A stretch of DNA of 60,789 bases, filler included, from Platydemus manokwari (taxonomy: Eukaryota): NCBI GenBank assembly GCA_037951405.1. It is 6 parts of 6 records of this genome, joined end to end, with 100 filler letters (N's around TTAATTAATTAA, not from the genome) between each part and the next. Parts side by side here need not be neighbours in the genome. Positions count along the whole stretch, not along the records: positions 40,655 to 50,073 come from JBBMOY011251763.1; positions 50,174 to 60,789 come from JBBMOY011119441.1; 4 more parts are not named here. One strand, 5' to 3'. How positions within the stretch are numbered: the first letter of the stretch is position 1; every line of letters begins with the position of its first letter. Both the position numbers and the translations under genes were made by a program. The notes under the pieces were generated by a model, which was given only the letters and a program-made list of their open reading frames with translations, ran no database searches and was not told the DNA's origin. Below, one piece after another: positions 40,908 through 53,400 of this stretch.

Positions 40908-43900
40908 TGGTCATTGACTATTTTCTCCACAAATGGTTCTGTGGTCGCATGGACACCAGTCACCGAGTGAGAATGATTTCAATAAAGATCACAGACATTT
41001 ATTGATTTCTAATTAAGTTTCAGAGAAGAAATTGAACTCGATATAATGAAAAATTTCGGCATTGTAGCGGGATCTCAAGTGTATATTGGTATTCAGGGCT
41101 TCATTTCTGATATTTATTTTCATCCCGGAATATTTGGTCGACATAAACAAGTTCGTAAAGGAGTTGTGAATATATTTTTAATTGATCTATCAATAAAAGA
41201 TTCATGAATCGCGGAGATTTAACAGTTCATATCAGCTAATATCTCAGGAACATAGACTCCAAAATTGCCGAGTTCTTCTCAACGAGTTGGAGTTATATCT
41301 GACGATAATCCGAGATAAATTATTCCAACAAAACATAAATGGTGAGATGCTTGAAAAGGGAGTTTGATGTTGTTTTGAATTTATATGAGCAGTTTCCTGT
41401 CAGAAAAACTTGTTTTTTCAACAAAGGGACACTGATACGCATTGTTTACTACGAATTAATGATTTAAAAAGGCCAAAGATTTATATGTTTTTGAAACATT
41501 TGATCGCTGATGATCTTCGAATCCAGAAAACGTTGAAAAGATTTCCTAGTATAAACTTGGAAAATTCACTACTCGGAGAGAGTAACGCTTTTACTAAGGT
41601 CTTGGATTCTTTACGGGAACATATTTTTCTAAGGGTCACAGACAAGATAAAGGTATTACGATAGATGGGAAAATCTCTGTGACGTCTTTGATTTAGAAAA
41701 AAGGAATTAAGCTGACATCAGTAATGGGTAACTATTTAAGGGATGCCTCTTGTCTTGGAGAACCAGAAGCCACTTATATCTTAGCAGCGTGCTACTTCTA
41801 TGGGATAGGATCTGTGAAAATAAATATTCAAAAGGTATTTTCCGTGTTAATGAAAAGATATTAGATGATATTGGCTTGAAATTATTAACTTAGTCTTTGA
41901 ATTTATTACTTATCAATGCGGAACAGCACCAGCATAGATTGAGCTTACTGGCTCTAGGAAACATACACAGATTACATTTGATCCCTGGACTACCTGGGCT
42001 GTCATCTGGTTTGCTGAAATTTTAATGGTGATGGTGTAGGAATGGTGGAGGTTAATCGTCATGGAATTAGTGGTTTGTTACAAATTGTTTTACAGTATTC
42101 TACAAGACTGTGGCCGATTTCACTCCAAAAGATATCGAAAAAGCGTCCGCCGAAGATGTTAGTTAATGATATTCGAAGACTTGTCTTAATTCGATTGTAG
42201 ATTTACAATGATAACATTCGTCTGACTAATGAGGCTGAAGTGAAACAGCATACCGATGAGGATGGCGATCTGTTCCAGTGGATCAAGCATCAAGCTACAG
42301 CGGGCATCCCATGGGCTAAAGTAAAATCAATGTTAATGGTATAGTTATGAAATAGTTGTTTAGAAAAGTCTCGGTCAAATGCTTTACTGGGGTCGAAATG
42401 GAATCCAAAGAAATTTCGAATTGGCTATGAATTTTTTCAGAATGGCCGCCGAAGCTCCTGAAGCAGAACCGGGTGACCATTATGATTATGGATACATGCT
42501 GATTAAGCAACAGAAAGAAGAGGAAGATTTTGAAAAAGGAAAGGCAGAGTTGCAAATGGCAAGTGAAAAGGTAAATATTCAAAATATTGAAGGATCACCT
42601 GTTTAAATGTTCCCTAAATAGGATCCACGGGCTCTGACTCTTCTTGGGTGGCTTGCAGAAACAAAGGAAAATGACATTTCTAAATCTTATGATTATTACT
42701 ACCGAGCTTCCCAAATGGGCAATCCAGAAGCTATTTTCAACCTTGGGATTTATTATCACTATGGCAAATTGCCAGTTGTATTGAAGGACAAAGTAAATCA
42801 ATATGTCACGAGAATGAAATTAATGGATTTTAGATGAAAGCTTTCCATTTCTTCAAAGATGCTGCGGTCCGTAACCAGATGAATGCTGGGGCAATGTACA
42901 GTCATTATTTGCTGTCAGGGATTGATGGATATTTGCCGGTGCACACAGAAATCGGTATCAAGTGAGAGACTTGTTAATCTCAACAATGCCATTCATTTGT
43001 ATTATAGTGAAATGTGATTGATTAATATTTGATTGATATTTTATTGACATTTGATTGATTGAAATGTGATTAATTGATATTTGATTGACATTTGATTGAC
43101 ACGTGATTGATTGATATTTGATTGATTGAAATGTGATTGATTGATATTTGATTGACGTGTGATTGAAATGTGATTGAAATGTGATTGACACGTGATTGAA
43201 ATATGATTGACGTGTTATTGACATGTGATTGACACGTGATTGAAATATGATTGACGTGTGATTGAAATATTATTGAAATGTGATTGACATTTGATTGACA
43301 TGTGATTGAAATATTATTGAAATGTGATTGACATTTGATTGACATGTGATTGACATGTGATTGAAATGTAATTGATTGATATTTGATTAACATGTGATTG
43401 ACATGTGATTGGCATATGATTGACATGTGATTGGCATGTTATTGACATTTGATTGACATTTGATTGACACTTGATTGACACTTGATTGACATGTGATTGA
43501 CATGTGATTGACATGTGATTGACATGTGATTGAAATGTGATTGAAATATTATTGAAATGTGATTGACGTGTGATTTACATGTGATTGACATGTGATTGAC
43601 ATGTGATTGACACTTGATTGACACAATCATGAGTTGATATACAATATTCATGTATGGGGGAATTCGAGAGAAATTATTAAAGGCAAATGAATATTCATGC
43701 CTCTTAAGCTATTATTTTATAAATCACTGTAGCTGGGCCAAATATGTCGCAGAACACAATCCGAAGATTGGATATTTTCTCAGCGAAGGAGTGCGAGCAT
43801 ACAGGCACCAGAAAATGTGAGGTTGTTTGATATTTAAATCTCATTGTTATTCTCATCGGGAAAACATATCATTTGTTCTGAATATTGATTGGAATATGCT

Positions 43901-45416
43901 TTAATTTTTATGCCGCGAATTGGGAATTTTCATAAGGAAATCAGATCAATATGTTAAGATAAATAAGATGAATCTGTTGTAAAAAATCTATATAATTCGG
44001 ATTTGATCAATCAAATCAACTATTGGGATACCTATTAATGATAATAATGAATTCTTTATGAGTGAGACATAAAAGTTCTCGAAAAGGTTTCAAAGATTCC
44101 GATAAGATATTAAAATAAAGCTAGAACTTGTGCTGGTGATCTATGAAAGGGAAAATTTATTCCTTCAGGAGAAAATAGGTTTTGATATTATGAAAAGCTT
44201 TTAAACAAAATGATTAAAGTCATAGATTGGACGAGCTTGCATAATAATGAAAAAATCTCTAAATTATTGCACGTCGATATGATGCCAATAGCGCAGTAAA
44301 TAAAATTCTTGTGTTTTAATACTCCAGTAATTACGATTGATTATTTCACAATATATCGATTTTACAATGACTGGTAAATAAATATGAACATTTCTATTCC
44401 CCAAAACTGTAACCACAATTTCTGGAAAAAATCAGAATCAATAAAGGATTAAGCATACATTAATTGATTTTGTATGAGAATACCATATGTTACCAGTATT
44501 GACTAACGACAACGTTAAAATTTTAATCTCTTTCAGGGAGCTTAGCTTATTTTATTACCTACTAGCAGCATTTTGTGGTTTAGAATTAGCGAATTTCAAC
44601 GTGGCGTTTTTATGTGAAGATCAGGAGGTTTGTAATAGCAATTGATTTATTGTGACATTGTCGCTTTAAATAGTTCCTTGTGAAGAAATATGTGGAAAGG
44701 GAATGCATATGGTACCATTATAATTTGACTCTTCAGAGAGAAGAACATCATATACATGGATATAGTAATAATATTCGTATTTCATATGATTTGATAAAAT
44801 GTTATTACAGGTTTGATAAAAATGGGTGATAAGAATTGGTACGGTTGCGTCGATGGTATTAGGGACATCAATAAGTCAATGGCTTTTTACATTAGAGCCG
44901 CCAAAAAGAAAGAGCCCCAAGTACGGTTTTCTTGGGTCAAAGACATCATTATTTGCTTTGAAAAAGGCGTTTTTCAATTTAGCATTTATTCTCGAGAATG
45001 AAAACGTTGAAATACCTTACGCATCTCTGAACTCTGTCATAAATCTACCCGATAAGAAAGACAACACATCAAAGGAATACCGTTATGCTTTGATTATGAA
45101 ACTTTACAAAAGGTTCGATTGTGTTTTCCCCATTGATCTACTTATTGATTAACAGATGTGAAGAGTTATCAGTGAATGACGGCTACTTACCGTGCAGACT
45201 GGCAGCCAACCGAATATGGTTAATGATTCAATGGGTCGATATCAAAATGATCATGCAGGTCCTTTTCATTAAAATCGTTAATTATTAATGATTATTCCGC
45301 AATTTCAGTCAATAATTGCCGTATTAATGAGCTGTGTGGTGATGTATAAATTCCTCCATTTATGGCGCAACAGTTATCAAGCAAATAATGATAACCAGAA
45401 CCTATCTGATCCATAG
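40908..45416 (+). CDS. SEL1L3: Protein sel-1 homolog 3 (Sel1 repeats, C-terminal TM), multi-exon; 5' part missing
   Basis: Spliced peptides FGIVAGSQVYIGIQGF, LRDASCLGEPEATYILA, FYKTVADFTPKD, IRLTNEAEVKQHTDEDGDLFQWIKHQATAG, LGQMLYWGRNG, WAKYVAEHN, LIKMGDKNWYG, QAFFNLAFILE, LYKRC..DGYLPCRLA and a TM segment are colinear with SEL1L3 rather than SEL1L. Confidence 0.9.
43009..43623. repeat. 11-bp minisatellite (consensus ACATGTGATTG) in a SEL1L3 intron
   Basis: About 55 tandem units with variants ACATTTGATTG, AAATGTGATTG and ACACGTGATTG. It explains the repetitive SITCQSHVNH ORFs. Confidence 0.95.
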
Positions 45417-45748
45417 TGGTGACAAATGCACAGACGATAACACAATTTTAATAATTTATTTTGTCAACAACAATCTTGCCAAATATCATGAAAATCATCA
45501 CAATCGATTGCACCGAAAAATACCCATTTATAAATTGAAATAAATTGTTTGGTGATTAAGAAAACCAATACCACAATATAACAAATATTAACATTATTCT
45601 TCACCATCAAATCATATCGATACACAACGAAAATCAATATCAAAATGCCCATGAACCATAACGATCACCGTTGGGCGTGGTGAAAGGCTTTTAGGTGTAG
45701 CGGAACAAGGTCAATGTATTTTGTAAATATGATTGGACGATGGATGAG

Positions 45749-48507
45749 TTAGCATTGAATGACTTCAACTTTAGAAGTGTAGTAACCTTCTTCGTCAAGT
45801 TGTTCATAGCTACCGCTGGGATTTTGAGGGATAATTGGAACTTTGGTTACCAGTTCTAAAAATAACGATTTAATATTGATTGAGATATCCAGTAATTGAA
45901 ACTTATAAGTGGAAATCAATATCTAATAATTAAATTAATTGTAAAATAATTAAATATTGATTCAAAAATAATTATTATAATGATTCAAAACACTTTCAAA
46001 TAACACGAGCAGATCCAAAAACAATCTAAATATGTTTGGATTTATACGACCAATTTGGGAGGAGGAGATCGATATAAAATCTTGGAATATCGAATGAAAA
46101 TATTATAAAAAATCTCATAAGTCGACATTGACGAAATGAAATACTTTATTCGATTCTTTAACAAACTGGAAAGACACTCAAAACCGATCTGCCAATCATA
46201 TATCAGACATGCTGAACATGTCAACACAAAATAACCACTCGAACAACAATAATAGAAATCAATAAATACATCTTTATCATTAATTATAGAATCAAAATAA
46301 AACTCCATAATATGCTTTTATCTTCCACTTTCCTTTTATACACGCTAATTTGATCGATTCGAGCTGCCATATATTTTGTTTCGCATTTCTTATTTTCAAT
46401 TCATCATTTCGTTTATTATTATTATCCGATCTTACTTCATCGATTTTATTTTTTCTATATCGTCGTTACTCATTTCTCTTTTATAAAACACGCATTGAAA
46501 ATGAACTGAAAAATCACAACTCCAAATTATATATTTCAATACAATTATAAAAACAAATCAATATTATTTTAGATAAAATCTGAATGAAATCTTTGAAAAT
46601 ATAAATCAATAAGATATTCTCACATAAATACAGTATTCCTCCTTCTAACCGCCACTTTTGTGGAATTGGAAAAATGTGGCGGTTAAGAGGAGTTTTTTAT
46701 GAGAGAAATCATAAAGGAGAATAATCAAATGAACTTTTATATTTTATCATGGGAAAAATGTGGCGGTTAAAAGGAATTGTCGGTTACGAAGAGTGGCGGT
46801 TACGAAAGGAAATACTGTACATGATTCATTAAATCGACAGCCAAATTTCAGTAGCAATGTTAACTTTTTATAATAAAAATATAACTATTAGCAGCATTTA
46901 GATTGGATATAAAAAATATAAAAAATAATATGAGTAACAGTAAAATAAATATTGATCAATAAAAATATCGAATGTGATAGATCAAGTTTAATTTAAGAGC
47001 CATATAAGATAAAAGGATAACCAAAACGGGTAGTCGTCAAAAAATTATCGACCATTATGACCATGTAGCAAGGAAATATCATTATATAAAAAGAAGATTT
47101 AAGAATGATTTTTGGAAAGAATGTAGATATTCTTCTGTTAAAGAATTCCAAGGAAATGTTTTATTTATCGAGAACTTTTGTTGAAATAATTGACTTTAAG
47201 ATCAAAGATGTTTTGCATGGATCGAGATGAAATTCGATTGCAAACAATAATAGATATGATGGCTCGAGATGATTGATAAACCTGGCTAGGAATATTATAA
47301 GTTGCGGCTGTCAGCGAGTTTTTGTGCAAGTTCCTGACTTGTGAATTCCATTATTTACTGAGATACTTTACAAAATTATCATATATATGTGTGTGCGCGT
47401 GCATTTATCGGGTTACCATGGCCCATAGTCTGGTTGCTATGAATATTTAATCATTATTTGAGAACATGATTCATTTATTGAAGTGTTGCTTGTAAAAGTA
47501 ATGAAGCTACTCAAACAATAAAATATTAAGTTTCGTTGAGAATTGATATCGACCTGATCAGATATTATTAATGTAAATACACAAGATATATATCAATAAA
47601 TCGCAATATAAATATCATGACCAACACATTATCTGATGCTTGTTATATATTGAATATTAAGCCAATCAAATCATAGAAGAGATTTGATTTGATTTGATCA
47701 CATACCTTTCATCATTATTTCTTCACCTGAAGGTGAACGGATAATACCACAGCTACGCTCTGAACCACAATATGTAACAACCGACATCTGTGATCTCATT
47801 CCTGCTGGTGAATTGTCATTCAAACTACTTCCATTAGTAAGTGTTGGTGAAATCTCTCCTGGAAATTCACCAATCTTATAATAAAGTTTCGGTTTATTTT
47901 CTTTGGAAGCGGAAATCGTTATTTCATCGATCGGTTCATCAAGATCCAAGAAATTTGAATGAATTTCTAATAAAAAGAAATACGAAAATTCAATTGAAGA
48001 TCTATGGAGTTGTATGTACCGGTATTTGAACCTTGGGATCTGGTAGAATCATTTTGAAAATTTTGAGGTAGGTATTGACCAGTTTCATTCCATTCCATAT
48101 TGGAATCAGAAGAATTAAGTGAATTATTATCTCGTGGATCACCAGACAATCGATGGATTATTCCACCATATCGAATGGAAAATCCTTCATTACCTCCAAC
48201 ATAGTCCACGGAATTAGATCCTTCTCTCCTTTCTCCTGGCCTGTAAGATATGTCATCTTTGTCATTCCTGTCGACTGGGTCATCATTTTCAGAAGAGATA
48301 GAATCAAGTCCTTGCCTTCTCTGATTGCATATCAATACCAAGGCAAATATCAGAATCAATGGTAAAATACCAAGAACTAAATGAGATAAAATATTTGTAA
48401 AAAATATTATTTTGAAATCAGACGTCATCATTATAGGAAATGGGTAGAGAGCATGATAAGCAGACGTAATGCATTTTTCAACAAAATCACAGACCAGCAG
48501 ACGATAT
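45749..48507 (-). CDS. Single-pass membrane protein with long disordered cytoplasmic tail; exons 48020-48507, 47706-47966, 45749-45855; 5' end uncertain
   Basis: TM segment LVLGILPLILIFALVLIC is followed by NQRR. Two phase-1 GT-AG introns join ORFs 47967-48431 and 47698-47949 to a terminal exon (E)LVTKVPIIPQNPSGSYEQLDEEGYYTSKVEVIQC*. The frame stays open upstream of the ATG to an acceptor at 48508. Confidence 0.7.
46631..46817. mobile_element. Tigger/pogo-like MITE
   Basis: TA target duplications, TIRs CAGTATTCCTCCTTCTAACCGCCAC / GTGGCGGTTACGAAAGGAAATACTG, and internal repeats of GTGGCGGTTA. Confidence 0.85.
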
Positions 48508-49957
48508 CTAGTAAAGCAGGAAATTGAAATTGACGAGTTCGAAATATTATTTCATTATCAGCATTATCATCATGATTATTGTCGTTATTATCGCTATCAT
48601 TATTATTATTATCCCTATCATTATAATGATGGGTGTCATTGTTATTATCGCTATTATTAAAGCTTAATAAATTGCCCAATCATTAATTTATATATTATTT
48701 CAATGTAATAATATTTATAACTTGATAATAATAAATAATTTTCGATTCTTGTTTTTAAAGACCTCCAATTGCCATGGCACCATCATGCCTAACAGTTATG
48801 GAAAATTATAAATCACAAAAAATCTTAATCAATTGACTTCTTTGTGATTTTACGATAAACGGATTTCGTGGTTTCTCACTGATTTCGATTTTATTGACTG
48901 GTGACTGATTTTTCTTTGATCCGAACAAACAAGATGGCATTAATGAAAATGAAATATCGGCATAATTTCTTTGACTTGAACTGTCAATATCAACAGACTA
49001 ATGCGACTGTTTTACTATGCTGCCGTCTGTCACTCTATGGGTCAGGTTGGGAGATATTGGGTGTTTGTGATTATTAAATGAGTGAAGCAATCTTGATTTA
49101 CATAGGAAAACTTTTTAAAAATTTCGAGCTAACAATTTATTACTGTAGCGCAAACAAGTTTGTTACTGCATCAACATTATGTTGAAAATGTTAACTCAAT
49201 TTTATTAACATCAGAATTACACTGTTTTGATTTATTGATGTATTGATTTATTGATTTATTGACGTATCATATTCACCCAAATATCTACAGCACTAATGTC
49301 GAACAACAAAAGCATAAACTCAGATATAAATATATATAATGAATATTTGATTGGTAGATTCGATGACTCATTCATTATCGATGAATAGAAAGAAGCGCGA
49401 AACTGGTCAAGTTGGTATGACGAATCCACAGTAACTTAATCAGTAAATAATTATAATTGTTAAATGGCAACCATGACAATGGAGCAACAAAGCAAACAAA
49501 CAACCCGACATAAGGAGAGGATCAACCGATTATATATATAAATAAATCATAATAAAACTATTCAAAATTATCTTCTCTCTTTAAATTTTCAAAAAAAAAT
49601 GGCGAACTGATTTATTTGATATTCTAATTGATTTCAATGATCTCTTCTTATTGAAAACAGGAAAAGGAAGTCAGTGAAACCAATGAATAGATCGTTAGCT
49701 CATTGAAAAATTGGGATATCAAATGGAATGCCAACTATTAGCTATAAAATCTTAAAGGGGGAGAGAGATATATTTTGGAAAAATATATGAGATATTGATT
49801 TTGATGAGATATATGATTTGAGAAATAATATTGTCGAGCAAATCGCAGTGTGATGATCATTGATGCAATGTTATTTTTGAGAAGAATTTTCGGAAGATAT
49901 ATCAAAATCATTATCGATTTTGTTATTTTAATGAGAAGATTTAGATAAATAATAATA

Positions 49958-50073
49958 TTTAATAATAATCCTTAATAATAATCCTTAATAATAATACTTA
50001 ATAATAATGCTTAATAATAATGCTTAATAATAATGCTTAATAATAATGCTTAATAATAATGCTTAATAATAAT
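49958..50073. repeat. 13-bp tandem repeat (TTAATAATAATGC)n running into gap
   Basis: About 9 tandem units visible. Confidence 0.9.
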
Positions 50074-50173
50074 NNNNNNNNNNNNNNNNNNNNNNNNNNN
50101 NNNNNNNNNNNNNNNNNTTAATTAATTAANNNNNNNNNNNNNNNNNNNNNNNNNNNNNNNNNNNNNNNNNNNN
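50074..50173. other. Artificial assembly linker
   Basis: 44N-TTAATTAATTAA-44N. Confidence 0.97.
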
Positions 50174-50460
50174 GATTTTAGTTAAATATTAACAGTTTAA
50201 ATATGCAATGCAAAAACGGCCATTATTTTCCCAACAACCTAATATTTCGATTAAATAAATTTCTATATAGATAACTAATATATAAAAGAATGAATAAAAA
50301 ATGCTACTTAATCACGAATACAAGCTATAAATTTTTATTTCTTAAAATTGTAATTATCCAGTGATAAACAAGATTGTGATCCAATCAATGCCTTTAAAAT
50401 AAAATAATATAATATATGATTTTAATTATTTATATTCGTGTTTCATTGTTTTTGTGATAG

Positions 50461-53400
50461 GTTCACAATTTGAAAATTGGTTATATAAATTTGGAGTGAA
50501 AAAGCAAAATATTGATGTTGCAGATACGTTTAATGATATGCGATCAAATATGCTTGAAATAACCAAGGAGGTCATGAAACAAGGACAAGCATTGTTTGAG
50601 AGTAATGATGAAGAGGGTTTGGAACAAGCTTTAGAATTGACTGAAGAAGGATTAAAGGTTTTGAGTCGAATTTAGAAATTGGATTTATTTAAAGAATTAT
50701 TAGATAAATTTCGAGAAAGCCGAATCATCTTCGGAACCAATAATTATACAAAATAATGATCGATCTGATATAACAGTGAAGGATGTTAGTTTGAATAATA
50801 AAACAACTCCGCGTGTCAGAAGAGAAATAAGAAAAATTCATTTGGTTAATCTGGAAGAAAGTGGTGAAATAATGGGTTAGGTTTCGATTTGTTTCGATTA
50901 ATAAAATAATTATATATAATCAATATTCTATTGTATTTCTTTGTGAATCTTGTCCTTAAACATCTTATAAACTTGAGAATTTCATGAAAAAACTCTTTCG
51001 TTTTAATATTACAGAAAATTAAAGAAATTATATCGTACTGTCATTTGATTCTTAATTTGTTTGAATGGTCAAGTTTAATCGGACTTGGGAGTTGATCCGT
51101 AAATCTATATGGTCAAACTCTGGATAATTACTATCGATCAATTCATATTCCAACTTCTCTGTACATAAATGAGATTCGGCAATAGAGATTCTCCAGATAT
51201 GAGAGTTATTAGACGTCTACTGGTTTATTTCAATCTATTTAGATAATTTTAATCGATCTTGTCTTTCTTCAATATCTCACAACTACTTCTTAAAATTATC
51301 TTCAGAATGTCGGAATGTTTTGTTTAGTATAGTACAACATCATTATTTGGAAACTAAAGTCTGTATGACCTACTGATGAATCCTTAGGTAATGAAACAGC
51401 AAAGTGACGTAACAGAATATCATCAGATCATCGAATTTTCTCGGAGAAGTTTCAATTGTTGGTGTATTGAATTAAGAATTTAAAGTTATTTTCATAATTT
51501 TCCAAAATTCACTTAAATTATTAATTTCCTCTCATTGCATTCAATTCTATTTGGATATTTTCCCATTTACATTTACTAATGGTATCGACTCATTGTAGAA
51601 TGCAGTTCAATTACCAAAAATGAGAATCATACAAAATTATCTATATATAAAGTACATAAGTTATACTGATAATAATAATCACTTATTCTCATATGAGTTG
51701 ATTGATGTATTGCTTTGTATGGTTTTGGACACACCAGGATATCGTATTGATCGATATCTAATCATAATTATATCATCTCAATTTATTATAAATTGTAGCC
51801 CACAAATTTTATTACCCATCACAACTATTTGTTCATGATCTCCTATATCTTTAGACTCTCCTAAAAGCATCCAGGACATCGAGCCCTTACCAAAACCAAA
51901 TGTCAGTCATTACATTTGAATTACATTTATCTCTTTAACTCTTTAATTGCATCTTAGAAAGAAATCGACATACCTGAAAAACAATTATCATTGATTTCAA
52001 CTAGTTACGAATCGGAATTCAATACCAGTGGATCATATGAGAATTCGGATTTGTTTGTTGTGGAAAATATCGACATATCAATGAGTCCATCGATTGTTAA
52101 CAATTATCCCACTCAAACTATCGAAATTATTGAAAATAAAAGTCCAGCTGAGTGTTCTAATTTGGAAAAATTATTCGATATAAATGAACAACCACAGGAA
52201 CCAGAAGACATTCAAATTGAATTAGAATCCGATGAAAATTCAAATATGGATTATCAGCATGTTTTGAAAGATGAAACTCCCATTGACACCTCAAGCTCAA
52301 TATCGGAGCCAGCTGTAGATGTTTATGAAACCCTTAAATCAGCTATGATCAGTGATCAGTTATCTACTGACGAAATCTTCGATTCCTCATCACAGAATAA
52401 TTATGATGTTCCCGATAATATTTTAGCTGATGATACATCTAACGATAACTCATTTTCGCCCATATCTGAGACTCTCATGAAGAAGGATTACATAATCTAT
52501 AATGATCCAGTTATTGACTTGGAAACGAAAGACGAATCGCTTCAATCACCAGGCAGTATTTATGAAAAGTATTTTTCTTTAGATTTTATAATCAAAACTA
52601 ATATTATGCATATTATTATTGCCATTTTCATTACTAATATAATCATTTTAATTATTATTAATCCTATTAAAATATTATTATTAGCTTAATATTGATCTGA
52701 AAATAATGAAAATTGCTTTCACTGGTAGAGCATACTTTATGAATCAACTATATTTATAATTTGAAAGAATATCAAGAAATGCTTGGTAATAATTGTAGTT
52801 ATTTACCTGGATTTTTATCTACAGGTGGTTTTAATCCAAATATTTATAATTGATCCAAAAACAACTTGAACATTTCTTTATTTTATCACTATGTCTGAAA
52901 ACAAAATTGTGACCAATCAAAGTAAAATAATGTCTAAAATCTATGGAATACCAATAAAACGTTATTTTGTAAAATAATTGTTTCAAACCTGTTTGAATCT
53001 TAACCTGGCACTGTTCATGACATTACGTTGTCGACATTACAGATAAACCGGTTGAACATGCGGAGACTTGTGGATATCCTTAATAAATTATGTTAAACCA
53101 ACGCAATTGTCAACACATATTTCATGTGGAGAATATTTACTTTCGTGATTTCGCAAATTTTAGATTTATTTAATTATACAAAAAGATCGAATCGATTAGA
53201 TAATAATTTTTCTGTATATTATACATACCAACTAACAAAGGCTAAACACCACTTTCTTTTTTCTGTTTATGGCTTTAATATTTTTGATTATTTTGCTAAA
53301 TAGTCAATGATTTAATTCAGCGTTCTTCAAAAATGGACCGTGAAAAATTTTTTGTGGGTCACGAGAAATTTCATTTGACACTGACTTATATTAAGACAAA

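Noticed and set aside
42958-43651. Four overlapping repetitive ORFs (SITCQSHVNH...) on the minus strand
   Set aside because: They are translations of the 11-bp minisatellite inside a SEL1L3 intron. It is not a CRISPR array either, because there are no unique spacers.
48431-48679. Asn/Asp-rich 82-aa ORF and its His/Tyr-rich antisense ORF
   Set aside because: Degenerate (AAT/GAT) triplet low-complexity DNA with a non-ATG start, mostly intronic to the membrane-protein model.
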